Source: an uncultured Bacteroidales bacterium (lineage in GTDB: Bacteria; Bacteroidota; Bacteroidia; Bacteroidales; CAIWKO01). From it: 62,214 nucleotides of DNA. The stretch's first letter is position 1; each line of letters opens with the position of its first letter. This document shows positions 27,289 to 37,171 of the stretch, in pieces. The stretch spans positions 1 through 62,214 of the forward strand of contig CAZPDS010000006.1 in NCBI GenBank assembly GCA_964585485.1, in the 5' to 3' direction. The notes beneath the pieces were generated by a model. That model saw nothing but the letters and a program-made list of their open reading frames with translations, did no database searches and was not told where the DNA came from. The translations under genes and the position numbers were made by a program.

Positions 27289-28349
27289 TCATGAAAAAAA
27301 CCCTTCTTATAACCGGTGGTGCCGGCTTTATCGGTTGCCACCTCGTAAAACGCTTTGTAAAAAATTACCCCGATACGCACATCGTGGTGCTTGATAAACT
27401 GACCTACGCTGGAAACCTGGCCAATCTTAGGGAGGTGGAACACGCCCCCAATTATACGTTCGTTAAAGGTGATATCGTCGACGGGCCGGCCATGCGGCAG
27501 CTATTTCTGGATTATCGTTTCGATGGCGTGATTCATCTGGCCGCGGAATCCCACGTGGACCGCAGCATCAGCAACCCACTGGAGTTTATTCAGACAAACA
27601 TTCTGGGGACGGTTAATCTGCTGAATGCCGCACGTGAGCTTTGGAAAGACGATTGCGAAGGAAAACGTTTCTATCATATTTCAACCGATGAGGTTTACGG
27701 ATCCCTGGGTAGCGAGGGCTTTTTCACCGAAGAAACCGCCTACGATCCCCGTAGCCCTTACTCAGCATCCAAAGCCAGCAGCGACCACATGGTCATGGCG
27801 TGGTTCCATACCTTTCATGTACCGGTGGTGATCTCAAACTGCAGCAACAATTACGGGCCTAATCAGTTTCCTGAAAAACTGATCCCGCTCATGATCAACA
27901 ATATTCTGCATTCAAAGCCCCTGCCTGTATACGGCGCAGGACTGAATGTGCGCGACTGGCTTTATGTAGAAGACCATGCCGCAGCAATTGACCTGATTTA
28001 TCATCAGGGCGCCATCGGAGAAACCTATAACATCGGCGGCAACAATGAATGGAAGAACATCGATCTCGTTCATCTGCTTTGCCGGATCATGGATGAGAAA
28101 CTCCATAAACCGGCCGGTACCGCAGAAAAATTGATAAGCTACGTTTCTGACCGCGCAGGTCATGATTTGCGCTATGCTATCGACTCCTCCAAGGTGCAAT
28201 CCGCCCTGGGATGGAAACCCTCGCTGCAATTTGAAGAGGGCCTCAGTAAGACGGTGGACTGGTATCTTTCCAATGCCGAATGGCTGAACAGTGTCACCAG
28301 CGGCGAGTATCAGCATTTCTATGAACAGCAATACAAAAAGCGCGGATGA
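27285..28349 (+). CDS. rfbB: dTDP-glucose 4,6-dehydratase
   Basis: LLITGGAGFIG, HLAAESHVDRS, YSASKASSDH and NCSNNYGP motifs. The ATG overlaps the galE stop as ATGA (alternative ATG 27291). Confidence 0.9.
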   Translation: MIMKKTLLITGGAGFIGCHLVKRFVKNYPDTHIVVLDKLTYAGNLANLREVEHAPNYTFVKGDIVDGPAMRQLFLDYRFDGVIHLAAESHVDRSISNPLEFIQTNILGTVNLLNAARELWKDDCEGKRFYHISTDEVYGSLGSEGFFTEETAYDPRSPYSASKASSDHMVMAWFHTFHVPVVISNCSNNYGPNQFPEKLIPLMINNILHSKPLPVYGAGLNVRDWLYVEDHAAAIDLIYHQGAIGETYNIGGNNEWKNIDLVHLLCRIMDEKLHKPAGTAEKLISYVSDRAGHDLRYAIDSSKVQSALGWKPSLQFEEGLSKTVDWYLSNAEWLNSVTSGEYQHFYEQQYKKRG

Positions 28350-29347
28350 AACCCTTCGCTAATCATCATGAAAAAATAAAAGATCATTCCTTCCTCGTAA
28401 CAGGTGGGGCAGGCTTTATCGGCTCCCACATTGCGGAGTTCCTCCTTAATCATGGAGCAAGCCGTGTCGTTGTGCTGGATAACCTTTCCACAGGCTTCTT
28501 GCGCAATGTAAAACTTTTTGATGCTGATCTCAGGTATCACTTTATTGAAGGCGATATCTGTGACCCGGATACCTGCCTCAGGGCATGCGAGGGTATTGAT
28601 TTCGTTTTTCACGAAGCAGCTCTCGGCTCAGTACCCCGTTCCATGAAAGATCCGGTGACTACGCACAAAACAAACGTCAATGGCTTTTTGAATATGCTGG
28701 TGGCAGCCCGCGATCAGCAGGTGAAGCGATTCGTTTACGCCAGCTCCTCCTCGGTCTTTGGAGATAGTCCGGTGCTCCCAAAATCGGAAGAGAACATCGG
28801 AAACCCCCTTTCACCCTACGCGGTGACCAAACGCGTGAACGAGTTGTACGGTCACGTATTTGCGCTTACCTACGAAATGGAAATCATCGGATTGCGCTAC
28901 TTCAATATTTTTGGACCCCGCCAGCACCCCGGCGGGCCTTACGCAGCCGCCATTCCACTTTTTATTAACGCCTTGTTGAAGAATGAAAGCCCTGTCATTT
29001 TTGGCGATGGCGAACAATCCCGTGATTTTACCTTTGTCGATAACGCTGTGCAGGCCAATATGCTGGCCATGTTCAGCCCTTCCGGTTCCGCGCGCGGTGA
29101 GGTTTTTAATATTGCCGTTGGTGAATGTATTACCGTGAACGATTTGTTCAAGGTCCTGCGCGCTTGCGCCGGGTCCGGATTGTTGCCAAACCATGTAGCT
29201 GAACGTACGGGCGATATTCGTCATTCACTGGCCGATATTTCGAAAGCAAGCCAAAGCCTGGGCTATGCACCGCAAGTGCACGTTCAGGAAGGTTTGCGCA
29301 GAACATGGGAATGGTTTGTCCAAAATCAACAAAACCTGGATTTATGA
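28346..29347 (+). CDS. NAD-dependent UDP-N-acetylhexosamine(uronate) 4-epimerase (WbpP/TviC-like SDR)
   Basis: FLVTGGAGFIGSH..VVLDNLSTG.. and YAVTKRVNE (YxxxK). ATGA overlap with the rfbB stop. Confidence 0.8.
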   Translation: MKPFANHHEKIKDHSFLVTGGAGFIGSHIAEFLLNHGASRVVVLDNLSTGFLRNVKLFDADLRYHFIEGDICDPDTCLRACEGIDFVFHEAALGSVPRSMKDPVTTHKTNVNGFLNMLVAARDQQVKRFVYASSSSVFGDSPVLPKSEENIGNPLSPYAVTKRVNELYGHVFALTYEMEIIGLRYFNIFGPRQHPGGPYAAAIPLFINALLKNESPVIFGDGEQSRDFTFVDNAVQANMLAMFSPSGSARGEVFNIAVGECITVNDLFKVLRACAGSGLLPNHVAERTGDIRHSLADISKASQSLGYAPQVHVQEGLRRTWEWFVQNQQNLDL

Positions 29348-30087
29348 GTTGGATTGGATCCATTTTCGGAATGAGCAAGCCGACGCCAGCTCCTGAGCTT
29401 TCGGCCCTCCTCACCGATATGCATTCACATCTGTTGCCCGGTATTGATGACGGTGTTCGCTCCCTGGATGAATCCGTGGAACTGGTGCGGCAGTTCGCTC
29501 AGTTGGGCTACACGAAATTGATAACAACCCCCCATATTAATGAACGGTTTCCGAACAATCCGCAGATCATCCGGGCCAAATGCGCCGAGCTAAATGAAAA
29601 GCTGGCAATCGAAAACATCCCGGTAATCGTGGAAGCGGCGGCGGAATACCTCATCGAAGATCGCTTCGAGACGCTGATGCGCGAGGATGACCTGCTGACC
29701 TTTGGGTACCGTAACCTGCTGATCGAATTTAATTATTATTTTCCCTATCCCGCTATTTTGAATGTTATTTATGATCTTCAAAGTGCCGGATACAATCTTG
29801 TGCTGGCGCATCCGGAGCGTTATAGCTATTGGCACGCGAAACCAAAGGAATTTGAAAAGCTGAAGGATAGGGAGGTCGCATTTCAGCTAAATTTCAGCTC
29901 CTTAACCGGACAATATTCCAAAGATGTTCGCAAGATGGCACGAACCTTCATCGAACGCGAATGGATCGATTATGCCGGCAGCGATGTGCACAGACAGTCG
30001 TATTTCGACCTTTTCATCGAAGGTGCAGCTGACAAATACGCGGAGCGCTTATTGACGGCGGGCCGCTTAAAAAATCATCTGTTGTAA
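29344..30087 (+). CDS. CpsB/CapC-type PHP-domain protein-tyrosine phosphatase
   Basis: LTDMHSHLLPGIDDG, ..TPH.., LAHPERY and GSDVH metal-binding motifs. ATGA overlap with the upstream stop. Start trimmed to ATG 29344. Confidence 0.85.
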   Translation: MSWIGSIFGMSKPTPAPELSALLTDMHSHLLPGIDDGVRSLDESVELVRQFAQLGYTKLITTPHINERFPNNPQIIRAKCAELNEKLAIENIPVIVEAAAEYLIEDRFETLMREDDLLTFGYRNLLIEFNYYFPYPAILNVIYDLQSAGYNLVLAHPERYSYWHAKPKEFEKLKDREVAFQLNFSSLTGQYSKDVRKMARTFIEREWIDYAGSDVHRQSYFDLFIEGAADKYAERLLTAGRLKNHLL

Positions 30088-30092
30088 ACAAC

Positions 30093-30126
30093 AAGGCCCG
30101 CACAACCACGAAGGTGTGCGGGCCTT
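30093..30126. terminator. GC-rich hairpin between the convergent cpsB-like and fabD genes
   Basis: AAGGCCCGCACA-(10 nt)-TGTGCGGGCCTT, a 12-bp stem. There is no clean U-run on either side. Confidence 0.5.
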
Positions 30127-30139
30127 ATTGAATTTGTTT

Positions 30140-31018
30140 TTAACTGCGACCAGAAACTTCAACGCTGCTGTCAACCTTCGATACCAGGCCCTGCAAAACA
30201 GAACCGGGCCCTAATTCCACAAAGCTTGTAGCACCGTCGGCCAGCATGTTTTTGACGATTTGCGTCCAGCGAACAGGTGCGGTGAGCTGAGCAACCAGGT
30301 TTTTCTTGATTTCATCGGCTTCCGTAACGCGCGCTGCATTTACATTCTGATAAACCGGACATATGGGCGTGTTGAATGGTGTCTGGTCGATGGCGTGTGC
30401 AAGCTCAACCCGGGCGGGATCCATCAGAGGTGAGTGGAACGCACCTCCAACCTTTAACGGAAGGGCACGGCGTGCGCCGGCCGCCTTGAGTTGCTCACAG
30501 GCGATTTCAATGCCTTTCATCGAACCGGAAATGACAAGCTGGCCGGGGCTGTTGTAATTGGCCGGAACCACCACTTCCGGAATGCCGGCCAGAATTTCTT
30601 CCACCTTGGCGTCATCGAGTCCCAGAATGGCGGCCATGGTGCTGGGATTGGCTTCGCAGGCTTTCTGCATGGCGTCGGCCCGTTTCGATACTAAACGAAG
30701 ACCGTCTTCAAACGTCAAACTACGATTGGCTACTAAGGCCGAAAATTCACCGAGCGAGTGGCCGGCCACCATATCGGGTTTAAAAGATTCGCCCATGGTG
30801 AGGGCAAGTAGTACGGAATGAAGGAAGATCGCGGGCTGTGTTACCTTGGTTTGACGGAGATCCTCATCGGTTCCGGCAAACATCAGGTCGGTAATACGGA
30901 ATCCAAGGATTTCGTTGGCTTTTTCAAATAATTCTTTTGCAAGCGGAGATTCTTCGTAAAGGTTCTTGCCCATGCCGACAAACTGAGCTCCCTGACCCGG
31001 GAAAACGAATGCTTTCAT
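30140..31018 (-). CDS. fabD: Malonyl CoA-acyl carrier protein transacylase
   Basis: MKAFVFPGQGAQFVGMG and GHSLGEFSAL motifs. The track ORF extension to 31252 overlaps the upstream gene and a terminator and is not credible. Confidence 0.92.
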   Translation of the reverse strand: MKAFVFPGQGAQFVGMGKNLYEESPLAKELFEKANEILGFRITDLMFAGTDEDLRQTKVTQPAIFLHSVLLALTMGESFKPDMVAGHSLGEFSALVANRSLTFEDGLRLVSKRADAMQKACEANPSTMAAILGLDDAKVEEILAGIPEVVVPANYNSPGQLVISGSMKGIEIACEQLKAAGARRALPLKVGGAFHSPLMDPARVELAHAIDQTPFNTPICPVYQNVNAARVTEADEIKKNLVAQLTAPVRWTQIVKNMLADGATSFVELGPGSVLQGLVSKVDSSVEVSGRS

Positions 31019-31043
31019 AAGGTGTGGTTTATGGATTTTGCCG

Positions 31044-31051
31044 CAAAAGTA
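31044..31051 (-). promoter_or_regulatory. -7 promoter box (TAnnTTTG) for fabD
   Basis: The minus strand reads TACTTTTG, 25 nt upstream of the ATG at 31018. Confidence 0.5.
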
Positions 31052-31098
31052 CATAAACTTTATCGAATCGAAGAATCGGCCAACGGAAGTCGCGGGGC

Positions 31099-31123
31099 AA
31101 AAAAAAAGCTGCCGATGGCAGCT
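31099..31123 (-). terminator. Rho-independent terminator after the BI-1-family gene
   Basis: The minus strand reads AGCTGCC-atc-GGCAGCT followed by a T run of 9 (A run 31099-31107 on the plus strand). Confidence 0.7.
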
Positions 31124-31142
31124 TGGATAGATGAGGCGAAGC

Positions 31143-31871
31143 TTACTTCCGCCCGCCAACGATGCGGAGCAGGAAGAGGAAAAGATTGATAAAATCGAGG
31201 TAGAGCGAAAGGGCGCCGAGGATCGCCAGTTTACTGGCGCTTGCATTGGCATCTTCGATGCCTTGTCCGATCCGCTTCAGCTTCTGTACATCCCACGCGG
31301 TTAGCCCGGTGAAGATTAATACCCCGGCAATGGAAATGATGTAGTCAAGCCCGGGACTCTTCATAAACCAGTTGACAATGGACGCGATGATGATGCCAAC
31401 CAAAGCAATCAAAAGAATAGAGCCAAACTTCGAAAGATCTACTTTCGTGGTGTAGCCTAATACAGCCATCAATCCAAACACGCCGGCGGTGATCGCGAAG
31501 GTTTTGTATATGGCGCCCAGATCGTATACCAGGAAAATGAAACTGAAACTCATTCCCATGATTAACGAATACACAATGAAAAGAATCATCATGACCGGAG
31601 CGGATAGTTTATGAACACCAAACGACATTAAAAGAACGAATCCGAGTGGAGCCAGCATAACAATCCAGCCGAAGAAATTCAAACCGCTTTCATCGACCAT
31701 ACTCATAAGAAGGGCAGGACTATGAGCGACAAGGTAGGCAACGATGCCGGTGAGGGCCAGGGCCGCCGTCATCCAGGCAAATACGCGGGCCATGAAACGG
31801 CGAAGGGACACGGCTGTATCCGGGTTCACATACTGCAACTGCAGGTCTTCATGTTGTGAATTGTATTCCAT
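31143..31871 (-). CDS. Bax-inhibitor-1/YccA-family membrane protein
   Basis: 242 aa with seven hydrophobic helices. The N-terminal ..RRFMARVFAWM.. and C-terminal ..LYLDFINLFLFLLRI.. are typical of the BI-1 family. Confidence 0.85.
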   Translation of the reverse strand: MEYNSQHEDLQLQYVNPDTAVSLRRFMARVFAWMTAALALTGIVAYLVAHSPALLMSMVDESGLNFFGWIVMLAPLGFVLLMSFGVHKLSAPVMMILFIVYSLIMGMSFSFIFLVYDLGAIYKTFAITAGVFGLMAVLGYTTKVDLSKFGSILLIALVGIIIASIVNWFMKSPGLDYIISIAGVLIFTGLTAWDVQKLKRIGQGIEDANASASKLAILGALSLYLDFINLFLFLLRIVGGRK

Positions 31872-31892
31872 AAAGCATTGAGAAATTTAGTA

Positions 31893-31900
31893 CAAAGTTA
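31893..31900 (-). promoter_or_regulatory. -7 promoter box (TAnnTTTG) for the BI-1-family gene
   Basis: The minus strand reads TAACTTTG, 21 nt upstream of the ATG at 31871. Confidence 0.5.
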
Positions 31901-31937
31901 AGAAATTTGTGTACACGATGTAGGTGCCGCTGAACGG

Positions 31938-32978
31938 CTATTCTTCCAACGGATTGGGCGTATACGTGACATAGTTCCTCCATTTTTCAATCAGTTCAGA
32001 AAACGAGGCCGGCAATGGTGAAGTGAACTCCATGAAAACGCCGGTGGATGGATGCTCAAATCCCAGGTATTCCGCATGCAAGGCCTGTCGTGGAAGCAAG
32101 GCGAAACAATTCTGAATAAACTGCTTGTACTTTGTGAAGGTTGTGCCCTTCAGGATGCGATCGCCACCGTAAGTTTGATCGTTAAACAGCGGATGCCCGA
32201 TGTGCTGCATGTGCGCGCGGATCTGATGGGTACGACCAGTCTCCAGAATGCACTCCACCAACGTTACGTAGCGAAAGCGTTCCAAAACACGGTAATGCGT
32301 TACGGCTTCCTTTCCGTAACGACCATCCGGAAATACATCCATGACCTTACGGTTCTTTAACGATCGCCCAATGTGTCCCGTGATGGTTCCTTCCTCATGG
32401 TCAAAATCGCCCCATACCAAAGCCAGATAGCGACGCTTAATGGTATGATTAAAAAAATGCTTTGCCAGTTTGGCTTGCGCCGATTCGCTTAATGCGACTA
32501 CCAGAATTCCGCTGGTATCCTTGTCAATCCGGTGAAGCAGGTAAGGCTGCTTCAGGGATGCGGGTGGATAAGACAGGGCGTGATGAAGCAAGCCGTTCAG
32601 CATCGTGCCCGTGAAATTTCCGTAACCCGGATGTACGACCAGACCGGCCGGTTTGTCAATAATTAATAAATGATCATCTTCATAAACGATCGAAAGAGGA
32701 ATGTCCTCCGGAATTAACTCAAAAGTGACGGGCGGGCTTCCCATTACCACCGACACAACATCACGCGGCTTCACCTTGTAGCTCGACTTAACCGGTTTAT
32801 CATTGACAAGAATACAATTCGCTTCCGCTGCCGCTTGAATTTTCGTGCGGGAAACCCCCTGTATTTTAGTAAACAGATATTTGTCGATTCGGATTAAGCT
32901 TTGGCCGGGATCTACCTCAAAATGGTGATGCTCGTAATACTCCTGGTCGTAGCTTGCTAGTTCGGCTTCTTCTTTCAT
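31938..32978 (-). CDS. rluD: 23S rRNA pseudouridine synthase, RluD subfamily
   Basis: S4 domain (RIDKYL..SRTKIQ) plus the HRIDKDTSGILVVA catalytic motif. Confidence 0.88.
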   Translation of the reverse strand: MKEEAELASYDQEYYEHHHFEVDPGQSLIRIDKYLFTKIQGVSRTKIQAAAEANCILVNDKPVKSSYKVKPRDVVSVVMGSPPVTFELIPEDIPLSIVYEDDHLLIIDKPAGLVVHPGYGNFTGTMLNGLLHHALSYPPASLKQPYLLHRIDKDTSGILVVALSESAQAKLAKHFFNHTIKRRYLALVWGDFDHEEGTITGHIGRSLKNRKVMDVFPDGRYGKEAVTHYRVLERFRYVTLVECILETGRTHQIRAHMQHIGHPLFNDQTYGGDRILKGTTFTKYKQFIQNCFALLPRQALHAEYLGFEHPSTGVFMEFTSPLPASFSELIEKWRNYVTYTPNPLEE

Positions 32979-33025
32979 TCGATTTTTCTCGTAGGTGCTG
33001 GTGTAAAAGCGATCGCCCTGTACCG

Positions 33026-33054
33026 AAAAAAACCGGAACCCATAAGGATTCCGG
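33026..33054 (-). terminator. Rho-independent terminator after the cold-shock gene
   Basis: The minus strand reads CCGGAAtCC-ttat-GGgTTCCGG followed by TTTTTTT. Confidence 0.55.
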
Positions 33055-33083
33055 CTTATTCCTAAGGGTTTAAAGCTTAGATG

Positions 33084-33287
33084 TTACTCATCAACCTTAA
33101 CATTAGATGCCTGGGGTCCTTTGGAACCCTGGGTTATTTCATATGTTACTTCCTGTCCTTCTTCTAACGATTTGTAACCTTCTCTAAGGATTTGTGAGTA
33201 ATGAACAAAGATATCATGTCCATCTTCACCGGTAATGAAACCGAAACCTTTGGTTGCGTTGAACCATTTTACTTTTCCTTTTAACAT
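33084..33287 (-). CDS. Cold-shock protein (CspA family)
   Basis: [18 protein letters not shown] (RNP1) and DIFVHYS (RNP2). The track start at 33302 is a TTG. Confidence 0.92.
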   Translation of the reverse strand: MLKGKVKWFNATKGFGFITGEDGHDIFVHYSQILREGYKSLEEGQEVTYEITQGSKGPQASNVKVDE

Positions 33288-33371
33288 GAGTAGAACCTCC
33301 AAAAAAATTTGTAATTAATGAAACGAATTGTAGAAAATCCGGGTTAACCCGAATGCTTTTAATGTGTTGAT

Positions 33372-33890
33372 TTATTTAATCCCTAGTTCTGCTTTAACCA
33401 GGGGCATGATGTCATCGGTAGGATCGGAGAAGAGCAATACGCCGAGTCCCGCGTCAATAATATAGGTGTAGTCGTTGGCTTTGGCCACTTTTTCAATGGC
33501 GGCTTTTGCTTTATCGATAATGGGCTGCAGTAGTTCCTGCTGCTTTTTCTGCAGGTCTTCCTCAGCAGAAGCCTGGAAGGCTTCAATACGTGCCTGAATA
33601 TCCTGAATTTCGCGGTACTTGGTCTGCTTAATCAAATCAGTCATCTTGGATTCGTTGGCCGCATATTCGTTATACTTGGTTTCGAATTCAGCCTGCATCC
33701 CTTTGATCTGATTTTCCAGGGTGGTGGCGTATGCACTGATTTGGGCTACGGCAGAATCCCGGCCGGGCATGAGTTTAAGCAATTCATTGGAGTCAATATG
33801 GCCAAACTTCTGTTTTTTCTGAGCAGTGGTGCTGAAGGCAACGAGACTAACGAGTGCAAAAACCAAAATACTTTTAACGACTGTCTTCAT
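33372..33890 (-). CDS. OmpH/Skp-family periplasmic chaperone (copy 1)
   Basis: Signal peptide, then a coiled-coil-rich ~170-aa protein directly downstream of bamA. Start trimmed to ATG 33890. Confidence 0.85.
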   Translation of the reverse strand: MKTVVKSILVFALVSLVAFSTTAQKKQKFGHIDSNELLKLMPGRDSAVAQISAYATTLENQIKGMQAEFETKYNEYAANESKMTDLIKQTKYREIQDIQARIEAFQASAEEDLQKKQQELLQPIIDKAKAAIEKVAKANDYTYIIDAGLGVLLFSDPTDDIMPLVKAELGIK

Positions 33891-33955
33891 AAAGATTTGT
33901 TGTGTGTTTGAATAAATGAGGTGCAAATATAGGGTATTTTTTTAAATGTCAACGA

Positions 33956-34513
33956 TTACTCGTCATCCTGATTGTTTTTATCGTTGGTTGGAATCGCCCC
34001 CGGCTTGTAACCCAGCTTGCCCAAAACCTCATCGCTCTTGTCGTACTTGGAATTTCCATAGAGTAGCGTAACAGAGCCTGATTTGTCAAAGATCATGGCG
34101 TAGCCCTGAGCCACGGCAATATCTTCTATGGCTTCGTACACTTTGTCCTGAATGGGTTTAATTAATTCAGTACGTTTCTTAAACAAATCTCCATCTTTTC
34201 CGAAGCGTTTCTTTTGGAGATCTTTGGCCTCGCGCTCCTTTTTTACGATTTCTTCTTCGCGCTTTTTCTTAATGTCCTCAGGCAACAGGGGCGCTTCGGA
34301 TTGAAAAGATTTGTACAGTTTATCAACTTCCGCAAATTTGGTTTCAATTTCTTTTTGCCATTCAATGGAAAGCTGATCCAGAACATCCTGCGCATCCCGG
34401 TACTCCGAAATGTTCTCCAGGATGTACTGTGTGTCAACAAAGGCATATTTTTGCGCGTTCACGGCTAAGCCGCCTAAAACGGCCAGAGCAATGGTTAATA
34501 TGAGCTTTTTCAT
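33956..34513 (-). CDS. OmpH/Skp-family periplasmic chaperone (copy 2)
   Basis: Signal peptide MKKLILTIALAVLGGLAVNAQKYAFVD.. Lys/Glu-rich coiled-coil arms. Adjacent to bamA. Confidence 0.85.
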   Translation of the reverse strand: MKKLILTIALAVLGGLAVNAQKYAFVDTQYILENISEYRDAQDVLDQLSIEWQKEIETKFAEVDKLYKSFQSEAPLLPEDIKKKREEEIVKKEREAKDLQKKRFGKDGDLFKKRTELIKPIQDKVYEAIEDIAVAQGYAMIFDKSGSVTLLYGNSKYDKSDEVLGKLGYKPGAIPTNDKNNQDDE

Positions 34514-34537
34514 AGGGGTACTCCTTATCTTTAATGA

Positions 34538-37162
34538 TTAGTCTATAGATGAGTTAATGGAAAAATGGAATTGTCCTTTATTGGCGTCGCTGTCTCCCTT
34601 AATGGGATCAAATCCATAGCCCCAGTCAAGTCCAAGCAAACCGAACATTGGCAAATATATGCGTACACCTAATCCGGCTGAGCGCTTCACATCAAAGGGA
34701 TTGAATTCCTTGAATTTTGACCAGGTGTTGCCGGCTTCCATAAAACCAAGAACAAAAACGGTTGCGCTGGGGTTCAATGAGATCGGGTACCTGAGCTCAA
34801 GCGTGTATTTGTTGTAAATGGTTCCGCCGATATAATCACCGTCTTCCATAGGGGTAACAGAGTTGTTTGAATAGCCTCGTAAACCGATGAGTTCACGGCC
34901 GTCGAGCGCAAATCCCGAAAGGCCGTCGCCACCTAAATAGAAGCGTTCAAAGGGCGCTATGCCGATGTTTTTGTTGTAGAGCCCCAGGAAGCCAAATTTA
35001 GTGCGGGTGTTGAGTACCAAATTCCCTGCCACTTTCATGAACCAGGAGGTGTTGAATTTCCATTTATGATATTCGATCCATTTGTAACGGTCGGCGGCTT
35101 CCAGCGATCCGTAGTCTTTATCAGAGAATAGACTATACGGCGGTGTTACTTGCAATGACAGCAGAATTTCACTTCCCGAGCGCGGGTAAATCGGGGCGTC
35201 CACCGAATTTCGCGAGATAGTAATCGTGCCGTTGAAGTTATTCGAAGTTCCATCACTGTATGAAAAGTACGAATAATTCGTCATCTGGTAATTCCGGTAA
35301 CTCAACTCATAATAAATATTGAAATAATCGTCAGGCCATTTGAGACGCTGGCCGAGTCCCACCGAGGCACCACTGATGACGATGGACTGACGGTCGGGGC
35401 TGTCTTTCTTTTCACCGTTGGTTTGTACCGAATAATACCCCGATATACTGAATGCATTTGGCTTTTTGCCGCCAAGCCAGGGCTCGGTGAAGGAGGCGTT
35501 ATAAGCCTGATAATACGATCCGTTCGATTGCGCACGCACACTGAGTTTCTGTCCATCGCCCGAGGGGAGCGGGCGCCAGGCGTCTTTTTTGAAAAAGTTC
35601 CGGGTTGAGAAATTATTGAAGGAAACCCCAAGCGTTCCAATGATACGGCCATAGCCCCAGCCGCCCGATAATTCTAACTGGTCAGAGGAGGTTTCTTGTA
35701 CTACGTATTCAATGTCTACCGTACCATCATTCGGATTAGGCTGAATGTCCGGTTGAATTTTTTCGGGATCAAAATACTTTAACTGTGCTAACTCGCGCGT
35801 GGTGCGTATTATGTCGCTGCGGTTAAATAACTGCCCGGGCTTGGACCGGATTTCACGAATGATTACGTGGTCGTTGGTCTTGGTATTGCCCCGAACAGTG
35901 ACTTTATTGACATAGGCCTGGCGGCCTTCGATCAATCTGATTTCAAGGTCGATGGAGTCGCCAACAACAGCCGTCTCAACAGGCGTGGCTGAAAAGAAAA
36001 GGTAACCATCGTCCATATAAAGTGAGCTAACATCCAGACCGGTTTGATTAAAGGTGAGATTCGATTCCAGTACCCTCATGTTGTAAACATCTCCCTTCTG
36101 AATTTTCAGAATGGCGTCGAGCTGTGCGGCGGTGTATTTGGTGTTTCCTACCCAGCGGATGTTCCGGAAATAATATTTCTTCCCTTCATCGATGTGGAGG
36201 TCTACATTTAGGTAACTCGTCCCAAACTTGTAGACAGAATCAGAAATCAACCGTGCATCGCGGTATCCAAGTTCATTGTATTTATCAATGATGGCCATTT
36301 TATCGTTGGCGTATTCTTCTTCGCTGTACTTGGCCGATTTAAATAAGCGGATTACCAGACGATCATCGAAGAATGCCAGCGCGTTGTCGACGATGCTGAT
36401 GGTGTCGGGCTTAAACAGCATTTTTGCCGACTGAAGAAGCAGCTTGCCAATGCCATTAAGCGGATCAATAACGGTCCGCTCTTTGGTTTTTTTCATCCGG
36501 TGCTTGATGGTCGTCGCCGACACGGTCTTATTTCCGTATATGTTGATCTTGTTGATCTTTACTTTTTTATTCTTCGCTACTTCAATATACAGCTTAGCAA
36601 GGTAGCGCCCCTGTGCCGTGTCCGGAATTTGTCGGATCTTGACTTCAGCATTGTAGAAACCTTTGTCGTTGTAATATTTTAGAATGGAATTCTTACTTCG
36701 CAACAGCACGTGGTTGTTTACAAAATCGCCACGGTTCAAATCCAGCAATTCCCGGATGTCATCAACATCACCCTTTTTCACATTGGGCGAGAACAGCGGT
36801 GTCTCAGCAAGGCGGGGATGCTCAGTAAGATGAATATCCAGCCAGATGTTTTCGCCCTCAATTCGGGTCGCTGAAATTTTTATGTCGTCGAAAATCCCCT
36901 GTTTCCATAAGTTCTGCACGGCGCGAGAGGTTCGTTCGCCCGGGATCAGTATACGTTCGTTTTCATTGAGCCCCGATAAGAGCTTGCAAATACTTGTATC
37001 TGTGTGATGGTTCCCGGAAATACTGATCTTCTTCACTACATATTCCTTCGGGTTGGAATAATCAATGATGCCATCAGAAGGAAGCAGAACCTGGGCAGTG
37101 GCGGTAAACGAAAGCATGTATAGTAAGGTCAGCACCCCGGTGCGTTGGATCCATTTTTTCAT
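34538..37162 (-). CDS. bamA: Outer-membrane protein assembly factor BamA (Omp85)
   Basis: 874 aa with a signal peptide, repeated POTRA-like modules and a C-terminal beta-barrel (..GLGVRIYLPMFGLLGLDWGYGF..). The uppS-bamA-skp context is canonical. Confidence 0.92.
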   Translation of the reverse strand: MKKWIQRTGVLTLLYMLSFTATAQVLLPSDGIIDYSNPKEYVVKKISISGNHHTDTSICKLLSGLNENERILIPGERTSRAVQNLWKQGIFDDIKISATRIEGENIWLDIHLTEHPRLAETPLFSPNVKKGDVDDIRELLDLNRGDFVNNHVLLRSKNSILKYYNDKGFYNAEVKIRQIPDTAQGRYLAKLYIEVAKNKKVKINKINIYGNKTVSATTIKHRMKKTKERTVIDPLNGIGKLLLQSAKMLFKPDTISIVDNALAFFDDRLVIRLFKSAKYSEEEYANDKMAIIDKYNELGYRDARLISDSVYKFGTSYLNVDLHIDEGKKYYFRNIRWVGNTKYTAAQLDAILKIQKGDVYNMRVLESNLTFNQTGLDVSSLYMDDGYLFFSATPVETAVVGDSIDLEIRLIEGRQAYVNKVTVRGNTKTNDHVIIREIRSKPGQLFNRSDIIRTTRELAQLKYFDPEKIQPDIQPNPNDGTVDIEYVVQETSSDQLELSGGWGYGRIIGTLGVSFNNFSTRNFFKKDAWRPLPSGDGQKLSVRAQSNGSYYQAYNASFTEPWLGGKKPNAFSISGYYSVQTNGEKKDSPDRQSIVISGASVGLGQRLKWPDDYFNIYYELSYRNYQMTNYSYFSYSDGTSNNFNGTITISRNSVDAPIYPRSGSEILLSLQVTPPYSLFSDKDYGSLEAADRYKWIEYHKWKFNTSWFMKVAGNLVLNTRTKFGFLGLYNKNIGIAPFERFYLGGDGLSGFALDGRELIGLRGYSNNSVTPMEDGDYIGGTIYNKYTLELRYPISLNPSATVFVLGFMEAGNTWSKFKEFNPFDVKRSAGLGVRIYLPMFGLLGLDWGYGFDPIKGDSDANKGQFHFSINSSID

Positions 37163-37171
37163 AGCGTAGTG

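Noticed and set aside
31019-31252. 78-codon N-terminal extension of fabD (track ORF 30140..31252)
   Set aside because: It overlaps the 3' end of the BI-1 gene and runs across a strong terminator and the fabD promoter box. FabD homology begins at MKAFVFPGQGAQ (ATG 31018).
33288-33302. Longer cold-shock protein starting MEVLLM at 33302, with GGAGG nearby
   Set aside because: The 33302 codon is a TTG. CspA-family proteins start directly at M-x-x-G-x-V-K-W-F, which matches ATG 33287.
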